From Phoronis australis (taxonomy: Eukaryota; Animalia; Phoronida): DNA of 64,000 nucleotides. A program made the position numbers and the translations under genes. How positions within the stretch are numbered: position 1 is the stretch's first letter; every line of letters begins with the position of its first letter. Shown here piece after piece: positions 37,336 through 51,383 of this stretch. The notes under the pieces were generated by a model that saw nothing but the letters and a program-made list of their open reading frames with translations, ran no database searches and was not told where the DNA came from. The DNA is taken from NCBI GenBank assembly GCA_002633005.1, contig NMRA01000920.1, forward strand, positions 5,974-69,973. Direction: 5' to 3'.

Positions 37336-39710
37336 AAATCGATAGAATAAATGACTGTTGACAATTAAAAGCTAATTTTGTAAGCATTAATGATGTTTGA
37401 GTGAATTTAGTTGCAGCCTGAACTTGAGAAACTCTATAGTACGACCCCCAAATAGTAAAGTACACTAAATGATATGCCTATCTAAAATACCTCTCAAAGA
37501 CTTTGACGAAATATATAGACGCTGAGGTTGGCCAATAGTGAATTATATCAAATAAACACAGAAAAACTAGGACACACAGAGTCTATATATTTTACATCTA
37601 ATTAACACACACTGGTAAATTGCTGATGATATAATTGTCCAAATCTCGTGCGAAAAAGGCGATTTTGAAACAGCTCCAGGGACACTATACCAGGGACCTC
37701 GGGACCTTATATTTTCAAAAAATTCCTTCAAAGATTGATCATAATAAAACGAAGTTTTCCCGAAACGGCATCACAATAAAACGGATCTTGACCTTAGAGC
37801 CAGCGCAGACGGATAGATAAGATGCCTGTCTCAAGTGAATCATAGCTGAGGTGACCAGCGACTAGCTTTAGTTAATCGAATTTCGCAATCTCTCTGTCAG
37901 TAGATCAGCTACATTTACTTGAAGCACCTCCAAGCTACTCGTCAGTGCGCTGGCGCCAGGTACATTCTTACTCTCCATGAATCTTAGTTGATTCACGGTT
38001 ATTCAACTTCTGATGGCTGCATCCCCGGGATTGCCCCCAACCTATGGCGGACGTGGGAGATTCGGTACAAATATGGCGGCATCGGTAGCGTGGGGGGAGG
38101 TTGGTTGTGGAGGTGGTGGCGATGGGGAGGGGGGGGGCGAATTTTGGCGAAGTCGAATTGGTATGTGCCCCCAATAATTTTTGCCTGTATTTAAATATTA
38201 AGACTAACTGATTCGTTTGAGAATATCGACAGTGTTCCATAACTGGTCGACGGAATCAATGACATGTCAGCGAGTCAGAAATGATTCGTCAGACGCTAGG
38301 CGCGTTCCATTTTTATCGACAAGAGCGTTCGTCCACCATAAGTGTTTTGTGTAGCGAATTGAATGGACAGAATGTGCTTTTCACAATGGCCAGTTTGTGA
38401 GTAAAAACTGGGAACATATACCCAGTATGCCAAATGACGAATGTATTGTTCCTGTCCTAGGACCAATGTTACTACCAGCTCCCACCAGAGAACTAAATTT
38501 GCGCAAAGAAAGAGAAGCGTCTCCTTATAAGATTCTTCTCTGCCTAGATATTAAGTATTTTTGAGATTCAACCAAAATAAAATACTTCGAAGAGAGCTTG
38601 GATCGCAACAAACTGTTTCCTATGGAAAGAACTTCGTTTTGATGAAATTAATCACGGTGTTTCAGAAATCATAATTCAAGAGTGGTCGAGATACTCCTAC
38701 TCACTGCCAGGTTACAGGCCTGAAACCACATGGATACGTTGGAGCATATAAAGTCTATACAAGCGTGCGCAAACGAGGAACCTTAAATGTTAATAGAGAA
38801 TTATATCACAGTTCATACTATAACCACTAGGTGTCTCTGTAGCTAGCTTCCCACCACGGTGACTATACATTGATATTTCATAGAGGTAGGAATTATCATC
38901 TTTTCCACGTGTATTCTCTTTAGATCTCGTTTATAGTATATTATACTTAAACTATCCAGTAAGCATGCTCTTTACTTGAACTTCTAGGTCTCCATCATTC
39001 TTTCAATAAAGGTTTGAAACGAAATGACGAATGTTTATCTAGTTAACTTAAAACACTTTCAAGAAAACCTCGGTACCAATCTTCAGTGAGGAAGCCCAAC
39101 AGAATTAATGTTGTATTGGTGGTGATGGTCGTGTGATACGTCGTTGCCGGCGAAAAACGTTACCGATGCGCAGAAAATACAAAAATCCTGCGACACACAC
39201 ATAACAGTTCTAGCACATGAGTGTAACGAAAGACATATTACCGGGTCCCACATTCGCCGTGCATCTGAATTTGATTGGCATTTTGGGGTGGTCGAATGCA
39301 TTTAACTGTTCGATTACCACATGGTATGGTCGTCCTGAAAAGAGGCATCAATGCAATATGTCAGAGCTCTCGATGTAGAAATCAATTACAAAATATCAAT
39401 TACATTTACAATGTGAATTGTAAACGGCGACCCGTATCACATGGAATTTGACAGGGTAACTCGCATTACGATTGAACAGGGACGGCACCGCAGAATTGCA
39501 AGCGAAACGTGTCCATGCCTTGTTGTGATGGAATTTTTTGAGAATCGATATAATTTTTGATATGCTCCTATACATTCACCTTTGATGTAATTTTGATGTA
39601 ACGTTCGTGTTCATTTGCAATCGAAAAATTACTATAATTTTACCCCATGCCAGAAAGGAAGATGCAATATGATAGATGTTGAACTGTAATCCTGCGTAAT
39701 TAAGTTCCAT

Positions 39711-39768
39711 CTGCGTGTGCGTGTGTGTGTGTGTGTGCACGCATGCGTGCTTGCGTGTGTCCACGCGT
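39711..39768. repeat. (GT)n/(GCGT)n microsatellite
   Basis: Directly visible. Confidence 0.9.
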
Positions 39769-40351
39769 TTTTTATCATTTTATGGCAGGCTGGTGGTCTG
39801 TTCACATGGAAGAAATCCACCTCTTTCATTCATGTTTAAACTGAACAACAACTGTTGCATTAAATAACTCAAACTTTGAGCCTCTAGACTTTAATTGTGA
39901 TTGACTCAGGCACACCGTAACAATTACAGCAGCGTTTGTAGTAATATTATTCTTTCATAATTCTATCAACCAAACAGAATAAAATCCGTTTGATATACAT
40001 AACAGTACAAGCATGCACACGGTTGCGCGTTTAATTAGTGACTGACACAAAAAACATCAGTCCAAAAAAACGTCTGTTAATAATAAAATTTCGAAACTTA
40101 CTGATACAATCATCAAGTTTGCCGTTCCAGTTATTTAGCGCAATGCACTTTCGCGTTATTGTGGTGGAACCCTTCGAGAAGAAATGAGGGAAACTGCACG
40201 AGAATGTTTGTGATACGCCTTTTTTGACTACCACCGTACGAGGATTCTGATTCTTCAAAGAAGCTTTGCAGGTATGGCCTGAAAACAAAAACGTTTACCT
40301 CGTGACGGGTTGTCAGGTCGCTCGAACAGTGTCAGCTTGCCAAATATAACG

Positions 40352-41280
40352 ATTTATTGAGAAATATACACATGGCCATAGGCCCCAAGTATATCATGTA
40401 CAATACAGAACATTGTTAGGTGCCACGTTTCAAACTGGATAATACATTATGACGCTTGAGAGCGTGATGGACGAATTTAATAAGTAGGCTATCTGGAGTT
40501 CTCATGAAAGAATCAAATTTAGATGTCGTGGGAGAATGACAAAAACGATCACTTAAGTACTTAACCCGAAGGTCTTGGTACGCACTGCAAACTAACACGA
40601 AGTGGTATTCGTCCTCTACACACCCAGAATTACATAATTCATACAACCTGTTTTCATAGGGAATATTTGTGTGGCGACCTCTTTCCACTAGTAACGAATG
40701 ATTTGAACATCGCAATCGAGTCAGAGACTGGATAAAAACACGTGGGATATCAAACATTTCTAGATAATTCTGAAGATGATACTTTGTTTTGTACCCCACA
40801 TAGTAAGGCAGTTTTGCGTTACATTCGATATCAGATTGCCAACCTTGCAAATAATAGTCGTTGACACGTTGAGAAAAAACAGTCAAGAAATACGCTTGAT
40901 TTACCACACCCTAATTAATCCATACACCTGAAAAACCATACACAGACAGAAGTTTCCTTACAAAACTTGTCCAATTATAGGAAGATCTTCCGATCAGGTC
41001 TGACTGAAAAAGCATATCATATGCAGCTTTTACCCCACGATTACTAGGCATCTCCAGCATTTTAAACCAGTATTTTAAACAAGAAACAGAATATTTTGTT
41101 GGCAATGGGAATCGACCACATTCTCCCATAATTGCCGAGTTTGAACAACAACTGCCTACTCCTAAAATGCGTTTACAAAACTTGATATGTACATTTTCCG
41201 ATTGTTCATATTCCTTAAAGCCCCAAATATCCTATTACTGCAACTCGCTTTCAAACAGTAACATTTTGACAACTTGTTGG
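40352..41280 (-). pseudogene. 3' fragment of a second RTEX-like LINE
   Basis: MGECGRFPL..CLKYWFKML and LTRLRCSNHSLLVERGRH...CVEDEYHFVLVCSAYQDLR; AATAAA at the 3' end. Confidence 0.85.
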
Positions 41281-41732
41281 CTTTCTATGTTACACCCAAA
41301 AGCTACATGTACGCTACATGCCCATGCGTTGTCAACGTCTCCTTTAGCTCCATTACTTTAAACATGAGTCACTTTGCTAGGGTATCTGAGTTTTAGGTAA
41401 CGAAACTAGAATCACCTCGAGAGGCTCAGCCATAAAAAAGAGTGAGGGCAGTCTGGTGTTTTGCAGTGCATCAGGCGTGCGCAAGCCACATTCTTGGGCC
41501 CATTGCACGAAACGCGTTGATTTTCATAACAAAAATTCACAATGCAAAAAATTTTATTTTTAAAGTGAACCCCCCTCGTTTTTTTCCAAGTTGGTTTACT
41601 TGGGGTTTACACACGCTGGCGGTGCCGTTTTTGTTTTGCTGGAGACGTTTTTGTTTTATTTTTTTCTAATTTTTGGGTCCTGGCCCGAGGGGGGGGGTTA
41701 AGCCCCCTGCACCCCCCGTAGATCCGCCACTG

Positions 41733-42143
41733 GCCGCGCTGTCGATTATTTTATCCCCGTTTGCAGGCTGGTAACAGACACTGCGGTCGCACAGACGGCG
41801 TATCGACTAAGCCTGGGTTCCTGAATGAATGGTACTTCCGGGTTCGCGGTAAGTTCAAAATGGCGGCGTGTTCTTCAGGCGTGGGTTCAGTAGACGCTAG
41901 GACCTAGCTAAAACCTAGTCAAAGTCACGTGTTCTCATTTAAAATGCACGGCAATATCTCACGTAATCTCGGAAAGTCTTGATTTTTAGCGAGGTCCTAG
42001 CGTCACTGAACGGGAGGCAGGTCTTAATCGTGAGTGGCGCGTTTATTTAAACTTTAATCGATTACGGATTGTGTATTAGTTATGGGGTAGGCACTTCTTG
42101 GATCCTTATAACATCCTCTAACCATGTAATAAGAGCTAACAAC
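41733..42143. repeat. Second copy of the 2597-2856 repeat, containing an extra hairpin element at 41884-42011
   Basis: GTTCAGTAGACGCTAGGACCTAGCTAAAA pairs with TTTTAGCGAGGTCCTAGCGTCACTGAAC; this segment is absent from the first copy. Confidence 0.8.
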
Positions 42144-42409
42144 GTGTGCTGCTTGGACAAATTACACCGCAAATTATTACTTTACGCTGCAAATAATTAC
42201 TTTACGCCGTTAAATTACGCCGCAAATAATTAATTTACGCCACTAATAAGAATTAATTTGCGCAGGTAATTTTACGACGACACTTTCCCCCAATGGCCCA
42301 TCATAGTGTCCCCTCTATCGTCGGCATTCCTGTCCTGCTGTGGGACGAAAGGTGTGTCGTCCTGTTTTCGGTGCTTCGGAAGTCCGTCTGCCGTTTCTCT
42401 TAGAAAAGG

Positions 42410-44130
42410 TGCCTTGTACATTTTTTCCTTCAATCGGTAGGAAATTGGCTCAAGAATTCTCTGATGTGCATCACCCAAATGATTTCAACCTATTTCCCTT
42501 CAAAGCGTTAAGTTTTGTGAAATCACTGAGGATTTCACAGCTTACTAAACTTAACGTAAACAAGTCGACTGGCATGGACGAGATTCCATCGAAATTACTG
42601 AAATTCACGGGTCCGTTGCTCTGTAAATCACATTTATTTTCAACAAATCGTTGGAAACTCAGTTCATACTAGCCGCATTGAAGAAGGCCAAATATTTTTA
42701 AGGAAGGCGATAGAAATATTGTAAACAATTATTGTCCAATCTCAGTGGTCCCTGTTGTTATGAAAATTTTTGAAAGAGGTGTACGCTCACAATTGTACTC
42801 TTATTTAAAGTCAAACAATCTTTTATGCGATGAACAGCCGGGTTTTCGCCCCGAGCACTCTACAGCTACTCCTCTTCTTGATATATCTGAGTACTTACTT
42901 GACAATATGGACAATGGTAAAGTTACTAGTGAAATCTTTCTTGACCTGAAGAAAGCTTTCGATACTGTTAACCACAATAGATTGCCGTTAAAACTTTCAA
43001 GCTGTGGTGTAGGCGACGCCGAACTCGATTGGTTCAGTAATTATTTAAGTAATCGGAATCGAGTCATCATTGTGAATGGAGCGTTATCAACACCACTTGA
43101 CGTGACCTGTGGTGTCCCCCAGGGGTCCATACTGGGTCCATTGTTATTTTGTGTATGATTTACCCACGTCAGTGAAACAATGACACGGAATGTTGATAAA
43201 ACCAATGTTATGACTATTGGTAGCAGACTGAGGGTGGCTGTGTTGCCATTACTATTAACGGCTCTCAGCTGGCAAGAATTGAGAAATACAAATATCTGGG
43301 TGTTATGATTGGTAATAATTTATCATGGGACGAGCATATAGAGTATGTGTGCATAACATTTTCTCAGCGGATTGGGCTTTTGCACACAGTCAGGAGGTAT
43401 GTCGATCAGGCTACTCTTCAGGAGTCTAATTGTACCACACTTTGATTACTGTGATGTTGTATGGGGTAATTGTGCATCATACCTTCACGATATACTTCAA
43501 AAATTGCAAAACAAGGCTGGGAGGCTGATACTCAACTATATTGGCCTTCATAGCGACTTTACTATATCTGACCTCCTCGGTAAACTTTGTTAGTACAGCC
43601 TGTTTAGCAGGCGTGCCTTTCATTTAAACTTTATGGTGTACAAAGCCAAACATAGCGTCGCACCTAGTGACCTTACTGCTAAATTTAAGGCAGTCAGAGA
43701 TTCTCACAATTACAATAATAGAGTGAGTGTTTCTGGCTGCCTGGTACCAGATAAACCTAAAAACAACTTTGGAAAAAAGAATTTTTGCCTACAGAAGTGC
43801 TGTCACTTACAACGGATTGGGGACTGCCGTCTCGAACGCGCCCGGTGTCCACGTCTTCAAACAGAATTACTGGGACTTTGTGCGTAGTTCGGAACTGTAG
43901 GCCTCAGATCATCATTATTTTATCATTATTTTACTCTATTTTGTCTTATTTATTCATCTTATTGTTCAACTATTTTATACTAATTTATGTTATTTATTAA
44001 TCGTTTCAATGTAATTGTACATAGCTGTCTGTATTTTACTTCGTGTAATTATTTCCGACTGGGCCCACTTCAAAATCAGTGTATTCTAAAGTGATCACCC
44101 AGTCTTTTAAAGAAGCCTAAATAAATAAAT
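42410..44130 (+). pseudogene. 5'-truncated CR1-group (L2/Crack-like) LINE reverse transcriptase
   Basis: KSTGMDEIP, QPGFRPEHST, IFLDLKKAFDTVNH, GVPQGSILGPLLF and PHFDYCDVVWGNC; (TAAA)n tail at ~44118-44130. Confidence 0.9.
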
Positions 44131-44559
44131 ATATATTGTTCCTGTTTCAATTATACGCCTTGTTTATGATGCGTTTGAAACGTGCGGTCACTAATTATTG
44201 ACAAGGTGCCCGAAGTCGTATACCAAAAATTGCGGGTTTCTAGTGTGCTAATTCCCACCCCTTTTGCGGAGTAGATTTGTTCTGCCTCACCCCCACTTGA
44301 GGGGTTGAAGCCAATGCTGTGGGCCTTTTGAGTGGACGGAATGTGTATCTAGGGACCAATTGGACCCCGCACCGGTCCCACAAAACTTATTGAAAAAGTA
44401 CCGCCTACCCGCAATTTTTGGTACACGCATGCGCAACTGCACTGTTATTTTTCAATACCAGCCAGACCCAGTGAAGCCGAAGGTAAGTGGAGTCGAACAC
44501 AGCTTTGGGTATTGTAAGTAGTACACAACAATGCACATATCTGAGGTATTGCCCTGTTA

Positions 44560-44810
44560 CATGCGCGCACCCAGTCTAAAAACGGGGTCTCGAATTTTTG
44601 AAATGTGGACCTTTTACTAAGATTTACGGGTTACCTTCAGAGCCATGAATTGTGCATTCAAAGTTTGGTAGCTCCTGCCTTTTCAGTGGCCTTTGTCTCG
44701 TTTTTTACTTTTTTTCGTAGTTTTTGTTTCTCTGAGGCGGACCTTCTCGTCCTACTTCGCCAAATGAGGGTCTCTTTTGAGCCCCCCTAGCGCCCCTAGA
44801 TGCGCGCATG
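44560..44810. mobile_element. CATGCGCGCAC-TIR MITE, 5-bp TSD TGTTA
   Basis: tgtta|CATGCGCGCACCC...GATGCGCGCATG|tgtta. Confidence 0.85.
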
Positions 44811-45989
44811 TGTTATAGCTACTTGTACCACAGCAATACGGAAAACACCTGGTTGAAAAAATACACAGTTGAATCATGAGCCAAAACTCGTAAGCTTTTG
44901 ATCGAAGCACAGACTGGATAAATGTATAATGCAGTGCGGGACTATCTACCCACTTTAAAAACTGACAGCAGCTTAGGTGATTAGAACAAATCCCATTTCT
45001 CAAGAGACTGCATTGGACACGTATAACAGCAAGCGATAGGCCAAAACAAAAGTTATAATTGATGTAAAACCTTTCCCAAAATTAGCACCAGCTAGTGGCC
45101 ACAAAGAATCTTACCAGTACAGTGTGGTACAGTAACGTTCCATGTTCCTTGTGTGAGACACTTAGTTTGCTTCTTCAATGTTCCATCAGGAAAAGCAAAG
45201 CCTCTTTGACACGTATGTGTAACTATCGTTCCCTGTTTTACTTCATGCACCGAGTCAGATACGCTATTGACAACCTGCTGCAGTATACAACTTCCAGCTG
45301 TAAAATGTGCATGATATAGTCAGCAGACTGCCAAAACTCAAATGGGTGCCGAAAACATTCCACATAAAGTGAGAGCACGAAAGCGTGATTCTCTTGCCAA
45401 AGCCAATAACAAGGGGTAAATACTTTTTCGATAATCCTGATCGTACCTTTTTTGTGGCAGTGATTTGGGAACGAATTTGACACCAGCAAACAGGAAAAGG
45501 GCAAAAAACCTGGAAACCGCGAATGGGATTCCTCTCTCACCCCTCAGTAACTCACAGCGTGCAAGAGAGAAAGAGTTCACTGCCACGAACGGCAACATCT
45601 TTCATTTTCGGAAATTTCGAGACCTTTACCATTTTTTGTGAATCCGTTTGAATAATCCAACACAGAATTTGAGGGCATGACAGCCAAAACAGTGTTGAAT
45701 TAAAGCACAGAACTCTAAACCTGGAATGCCAACTCCCTCACGTAACCTGTGTATTCTTTTGTTAGAGCTTGAGACCACGAGATTTCACGCGAGAGTTTGC
45801 GCTGTGAATTTCCGGTTGTCTGCTTGACAGAATTTTGTTGGGGTGTTGTAAAGCATAATTTAATTGCTTCATTTCCATTTTGTCATTTTTGTTCATCAGC
45901 CGAGACTCTTGAGGTACGGTTACAGACAACCTACGAGTTTTCGGCAAAATTAGTCAACAAGCCCGTCGATCACGCTGGTCATTCTTTAT

Positions 45990-46280
45990 ACATTCTTTAT
46001 CATGAAAACAATTACGTGTTTCAGCAAGATGGGGCTCCTTCACACAGGCTCATCTGAAGCAGACCACACCCAAATTCATCAAAAAGGATGAGCTGCCTGC
46101 GCTCAGTCCTGACTGCAATCCAATGGACTATGGCATATGGGACTTCCTGTTATTTTTTGAAAGGTGTTTTTAATTGACAAAACTAGCACAATTGGACACA
46201 GATCTCTTTGATATTTTGTTGATGATATCCTAAACCTTACCGGTAAGAAAATGGCTCAGTTTTTTGGGACACCTAATATA
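45990..46280 (+). pseudogene. Tc1/mariner-superfamily (maT/DD37D-like) transposase fragment with probable right end
   Basis: YVFQQDGAPSH followed by PKFIKKDELPALSPDCNPMDYGIW; TTTTTGGGACACCTAA-TA near 46260-46279. Confidence 0.75.
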
Positions 46281-46654
46281 CTATATAGCGTGTTCGTAAT
46301 TTCGAATATCGAATGACATCACACCCGGTTACAACTTACTGACGTGAAAGGGGCCTAATGATTTAGTGTCCATCCATACCCAATCATTCTCCGATTTTCC
46401 AACTGTAGCAACGCACCTACAAAATATAGGCACAGTAGTGAACAAACGCGTATTGCGTGAAAGTGCTCATTAGTGACCTTCGAATACCGCAGTGATGTGA
46501 CCGTTGTGCCCTTTTATGCATACAAGGAAACGCCATACAGGTATCGGACAATTGAAAATCGTCTTGTTTCCAGGAGAAAAAGTGCTCAGTACCATCACGC
46601 GCAAATGCACGGTGGCTGTAAAAGGACATCACGGCAACATTTTTCCTCCGATGC

Positions 46655-47150
46655 TAACTCTATCGATAGACTTATTAACTTAGACTTACCATCTCTATCG
46701 ATAGTTTTATTAACTCTGTCGATAGACTTAATATCTCTATCGATAGGCTTATTAGCACTATCAATAGACTTACCACCTCTATCGATAGACTTATTAACTC
46801 TATCGATAGACTTACCATCTCTATCACTAGACCTATCACCTCTATCGGTAGACTTATTAACACTATCTATAGGCTTACTATCTTTATTGATAAACTTATT
46901 AACTATTTCGATAGACTTAGTATCTGTATCGATAGACTTACTATCCCTATCGATAGACTTACTATCTCTATTGATAGACTTACTATCTCTATCGATAGAC
47001 TTAGTAACTCTATCGATATACTTATTAACTCTATCCATAGACTTAGTATCTCTATCGATAGACTTAGTATCTCTATGGATAGATTTACTATCTCTGTCGA
47101 TAGACTTACTATCTCTATCGATAGACTTATTAACTTACTAACTCTATCGA
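46655..47150 (+). repeat. 21-bp minisatellite (~23 units) with palindromic core TCTATCGATAGA
   Basis: Unit ~ TCTATCGATAGACTTA[C/T]TA[AC/TC]. Confidence 0.95.
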
Positions 47151-48359
47151 TGTGGTTGGGACTAATGCCATGTTTCATGACCCACAACACAGGCAGAGCG
47201 ACAGGTGCAATGGTTATTTAAATAGTTAAATGGCCTTGCATGAATACCATGATGTTCATATCTGTCATACCGCCAACAGGGGGTTGCTACGAAATAATAA
47301 TCACTGGTCACTTGTCTCGGCATACAATACAGATGTAGACACGGCTAACTCATTTTGGCTTATCAGCCATTATCCCGGGGCCCAAAGACCCTATATTTGG
47401 TCAGTGAGGTGCCGCTGGACCTCGAAATTGGCGACCATTTTTATACCTTGCATTTCCATGGTTTAAAAGTTCGTTCTAGATTATCAGTATCTGGATCAAC
47501 AAGGTACGCCTGAGCTAGTTTTCAGAGTCCGTCATTGCTAATTCGTTTGCAATATTGTCTAAAATCATGGTTCTTAGAGCACTGCACTGTTGATTTCAAG
47601 TTTGACAGTATGTTGGCTTTTTCTGTGGCTCAGGAACTCGTAGGCACCGAACAGACTGTTGAACTGTTGAAATTGTTTTTTAATTGAGTAGACAAAAGTT
47701 TGTAATAAAAAGTTGATTTGCTGTGTTGCGTATTGTTTAGTTCAATATTGAGTTCTGCGATAACTGTAAGCAAGATAGGTATGAGATGGATTTAGTTTCA
47801 ACAAAATTTGAATTGACATATTTTATGATTTCTTGTGTTATACATGCGTATACATATGATGATACGGTAACTATAAGCAAGTTACACGTACGTGTGAGAT
47901 GGTTCTTAAGAGTCCACGATTCGTTACTTTCAGAAGGTTAGACCTATCGACAATAGCTTCCATTTTTGAAGGTGTGCTGACCATGGCGTCGAAGTGCCAC
48001 GTTTTAACCGCATGTTTATCACAGATGCAATCAGGTTGTGTATAGTTGCCAGTACGACAGTATTGATAATCATTATGTATGAGACTTGTTATTATTGAGT
48101 GATATGATGTTACTGTATATAAGAGTTTTATTTTTTTTTTTCAAAATAAATATTCAATTAATACTATTGACGCTTCATTGCAAACATTCACATCTGGTAT
48201 CAAAATTGGATATATACATCAAAAGTGTAGCATTGGACCTAACTGTTTGAATTCGTCATGAGCAATTATTTATTATATGACCTCAAGGGAGAACGGGATA
48301 AAGCACAATGAATAAGTGACAATGGACAAATCAAAATTAAATTAAAAGGCTCTGATGAT

Positions 48360-48650
48360 TCAAACTCGTTGAGAGAAGGCCCCAGACGGATCAATGACAG
48401 ATAACACTTTCCAAATTGTGCCTCGAGGTACAGTTACACCATTTGCTACGCACTTGATGCATAAATGAATAACCGTGCATCTGACCTGAACCCGCAAAAA
48501 GTTCTTCAACAAAATGAACCATTTCATCAAAATCAAACATATTTTTACGGCGCAGAAGTCCGTAAGTCGCCAAAAACACGTCACAATTGCCTTGTGCTTA
48601 GTGACGCTCCAAAACGACGCATAGGTACCGTTGTTATTTCATTTTGAGTC
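48360..48650 (-). pseudogene. Integrase-type transposase N-terminal fragment (IS3EU-like)
   Basis: YGLLRRKNMFDFDEMVHFVEELFAGSGQMHGYSFMH / KCVANGVTVPRGTIWKVLSVIDPSG; the catalytic core is missing. Confidence 0.7.
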
Positions 48651-48734
48651 TGTCATAGCTTGAATAAGTCGACCAGATGCTTGTTTCGGTCCTCTATTTT
48701 AATTTGAAACCAAAGTAGCAACCTCGACATCATA

Positions 48735-49292
48735 ACTCTATCAATAGAGCCAATAAGTCTATCGATAGAGTAAATAATAATAAGTCTATCGATAGAGTTA
48801 GTAAGTCTATCGATAGAGTTAGTAATTCTAACGAAAGAGTTAAGAAGTCTATCGATAGAGTTAGTAAGTCTATCGACAGAGATACTAAGTCTATCGAAAG
48901 AGTTAATAAGTCTATCTATAGAGATATTAAGTCTATCGCTGGTGTTAATAAGTCTATCGATAGAGATATTATGTCTACCGATAAAGTTAATAGGTCTATT
49001 GATAGAGATGGTAAGTCTATCGATAGAGTTAATAAGTCTATCGATAGAGTTAATTAGTCTATCGATAGAGTAAATAATAAATAAGTCTATCGACAGAGAT
49101 AATAAGTCTATCGATAGAGTTAAGAAGTCTATCGATAGAGTTAATAAGTCTATCAATAGAGTTAGTAGCTCTATCGCTAGAGTTAATAAGTCTATCGGAA
49201 GGGATAGTAAGTCTATCGATAGAGATAATAAGTTTATCGCTAGAATGAATAAGTCTATCGATAGAGTTTATAAGTCTATCGATAGAGTTAGC
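48735..49292 (-). repeat. 21-bp minisatellite (~26 units), inverted relative to 46655-47150
   Basis: Unit ~ TAAGTCTATCGATAGAG[T/A]TA[A/G]. Confidence 0.95.
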
Positions 49293-51132
49293 AACGGAAA
49301 AAAGTTACCATGTCGTCTTTTTACAGCCACCAAAGCAGCTCTGTTTATCACAAAGTAACAGAATACAATTCGGCTACAGGCTGTTCAGTGTATAATGTAG
49401 ATGGATTAAACTCTGCCATGTCTGCATTTCGTGATCCCTTCTCAATTACTTTTGGAACTAACGGGTTGGCATACGTATGAATTTGGATATTTTTGATTTC
49501 GTTTTGAAAGAATATTTACACATTGCCCACCTAACGGATTGCATTTTCTAATAAAGTATCTTTGCTTTCCCAGTTACAATCTGTTTTCTATATGATTTTT
49601 GGCCTTAGTTGAAAAAATTATTTACAATTGTACGTTTAAAGTAAACAAACTTTAGGTAACCCTTTTAGAGTCAAACTTAATTTTCATAATTCTGATGGTG
49701 TGTTACCTTTCAAAGATGGCTATTCTATGCACATGTCCATTTTACGTTTCTTTTTTCCGTTGTCATAACATAACTGAACGTTAGTTTTGCCAATTTCACG
49801 ACTGCACCGCAGTTGGAATTGTCATTGGAAATAGGGACATATTTCCACCCCCGTATCTTAGTAAAGAAAACAACCTGAGGAAAATATTCTCTGGGTAACA
49901 CTTGTTCCCGGGGTCATCATGTTAATGATCTAATTTCACAAAAATTGGTTGACATGTGCTTCGTTCCTGAAAATAACCCTATTGCGTGATTTTCTCAGAC
50001 ACCATCTCTTAAATCTACAGATAATCAAATAATTCAAAGCGGGATTAAGCTTGTTAAAGGTTCTTGTAACACACATAATTATTCACAGACCTCAGTTTTA
50101 CTCCATTTTCAGCACTCGTAAGCCTCACATTGTCTAGAACGTGCAGTTCATAAAACCTTGAAGACAACGGCTTCCACGTCCTGACCTTCTCCTTTATTAC
50201 TTTAACCGGTTTGCCAGGCAACACCATCTCAAGAGCCAGCTTCGAAACTTGAAAACAGAATTTTAAATCAACTTGACAAGTACTCACGTATCATCCAATA
50301 CACGTCAAGCTCTTAAATAGAATTGAAGGATCAACGGGGCGCTTCTCACAAAACGCATTATAATGGAAATAAAGTAGCAGAATGGAAGGAAAACACTTGT
50401 TCACTGTGTTAGCCCTAACCGACTTAAATTCCGTTGACATCTTTAGGGAACCGTAAACGGTCTTATCATTTGTATTTCACCTATTTTTACCTTTCTCTAA
50501 CACCGACGAATCAATCTGTCATCTTGTAATCTCAATTTTGTCCTAATGAGGTCATGCTGTGACCCTAGTGTTAGCCAATCAGCCACGCGGATGCTTTAGT
50601 TCACGAGTTTAATACTAGGTAAAAATGAAAATGGCGAGTGGTAAGCGAATAGTAAAAAGACGAACATTCGAGGGCTTGATTGGCGTGCAGTTATATTTGC
50701 CGTATTATTTCTGTAGATAAATTTGTTCAAGCCATCGTTATTTCGACGTGTGCACGTTAGTATTTGACACTCACTGGAGTTTGATATGTATGACACTAAA
50801 TTCTCCGCTCCCAATGCACGGACTACCAACCCTGTTTAAAGATGAAATTGCACGTTCTTAACTATGTTAATGCTAAGCAGGAACCAAGTGGCAATGTTAC
50901 TTTAACATTATCTACGCTAAACAAAGTGCAGTTGTATTCATTGACAACTTAAAAATGTAAAAAACAAAAAACTGCACTAATGACATACCTTGCGGGTTCA
51001 CATAGCCCGCATCATGGGGTGTTATTGCCCACGTTGCGATACGTAATGGACACGGTTCAGTGATTTTTAGGGGATCATTTTCAGCACGAAACTCGTTCTT
51101 AAAAACATTTGACAATTTTCAACTTCACATCG

Positions 51133-51383
51133 CATGCGCGCACCCAGGGGGCTCGGAGGAGGGCTCTAACGAGCCCTCCCAATTGGCGAAGGGGGCAAAA
51201 TTGTCCGACCTCGAGAGGCAAAAAGTCTGAGAAAAAATGGGACAAAAGTCCACTAAATAAGGGCAAACGCGCAATTCACAGAGGTACGCCCGTTCTTGTT
51301 TAGTCTGCCCGCTCTTTTGTTAGCAAATAGTCCACAACGTCGAGAATTCGAGCCTCCCATATCGAAGGCTGGGTGCGCGTATG
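51133..51383. mobile_element. CATGCGCGCAC-TIR MITE, 5-bp TSD CATCG
   Basis: catcg|CATGCGCGCACCCAG...CTGGGTGCGCGTATG|catcg; the empty site is visible in the paralog at ~34355. Confidence 0.9.

Larger units (their letters stand above)
46608..49334 (-). mobile_element. IS3EU-like DNA transposon derivative with inverted subterminal minisatellites
   Basis: TIR GGTGGCTGTAAAA / TTTTACAGCCACC; termini resemble decayed TAYGG; internal transposase N-terminal fragment; TSD not preserved. Confidence 0.65.

Noticed and set aside
46473-49156. Leu/Ser/Ile/Asp heptad-like ORFs (222, 147 and 167 aa)
   Set aside because: Translations of the 21-bp minisatellites, not coiled-coil or LRR genes.
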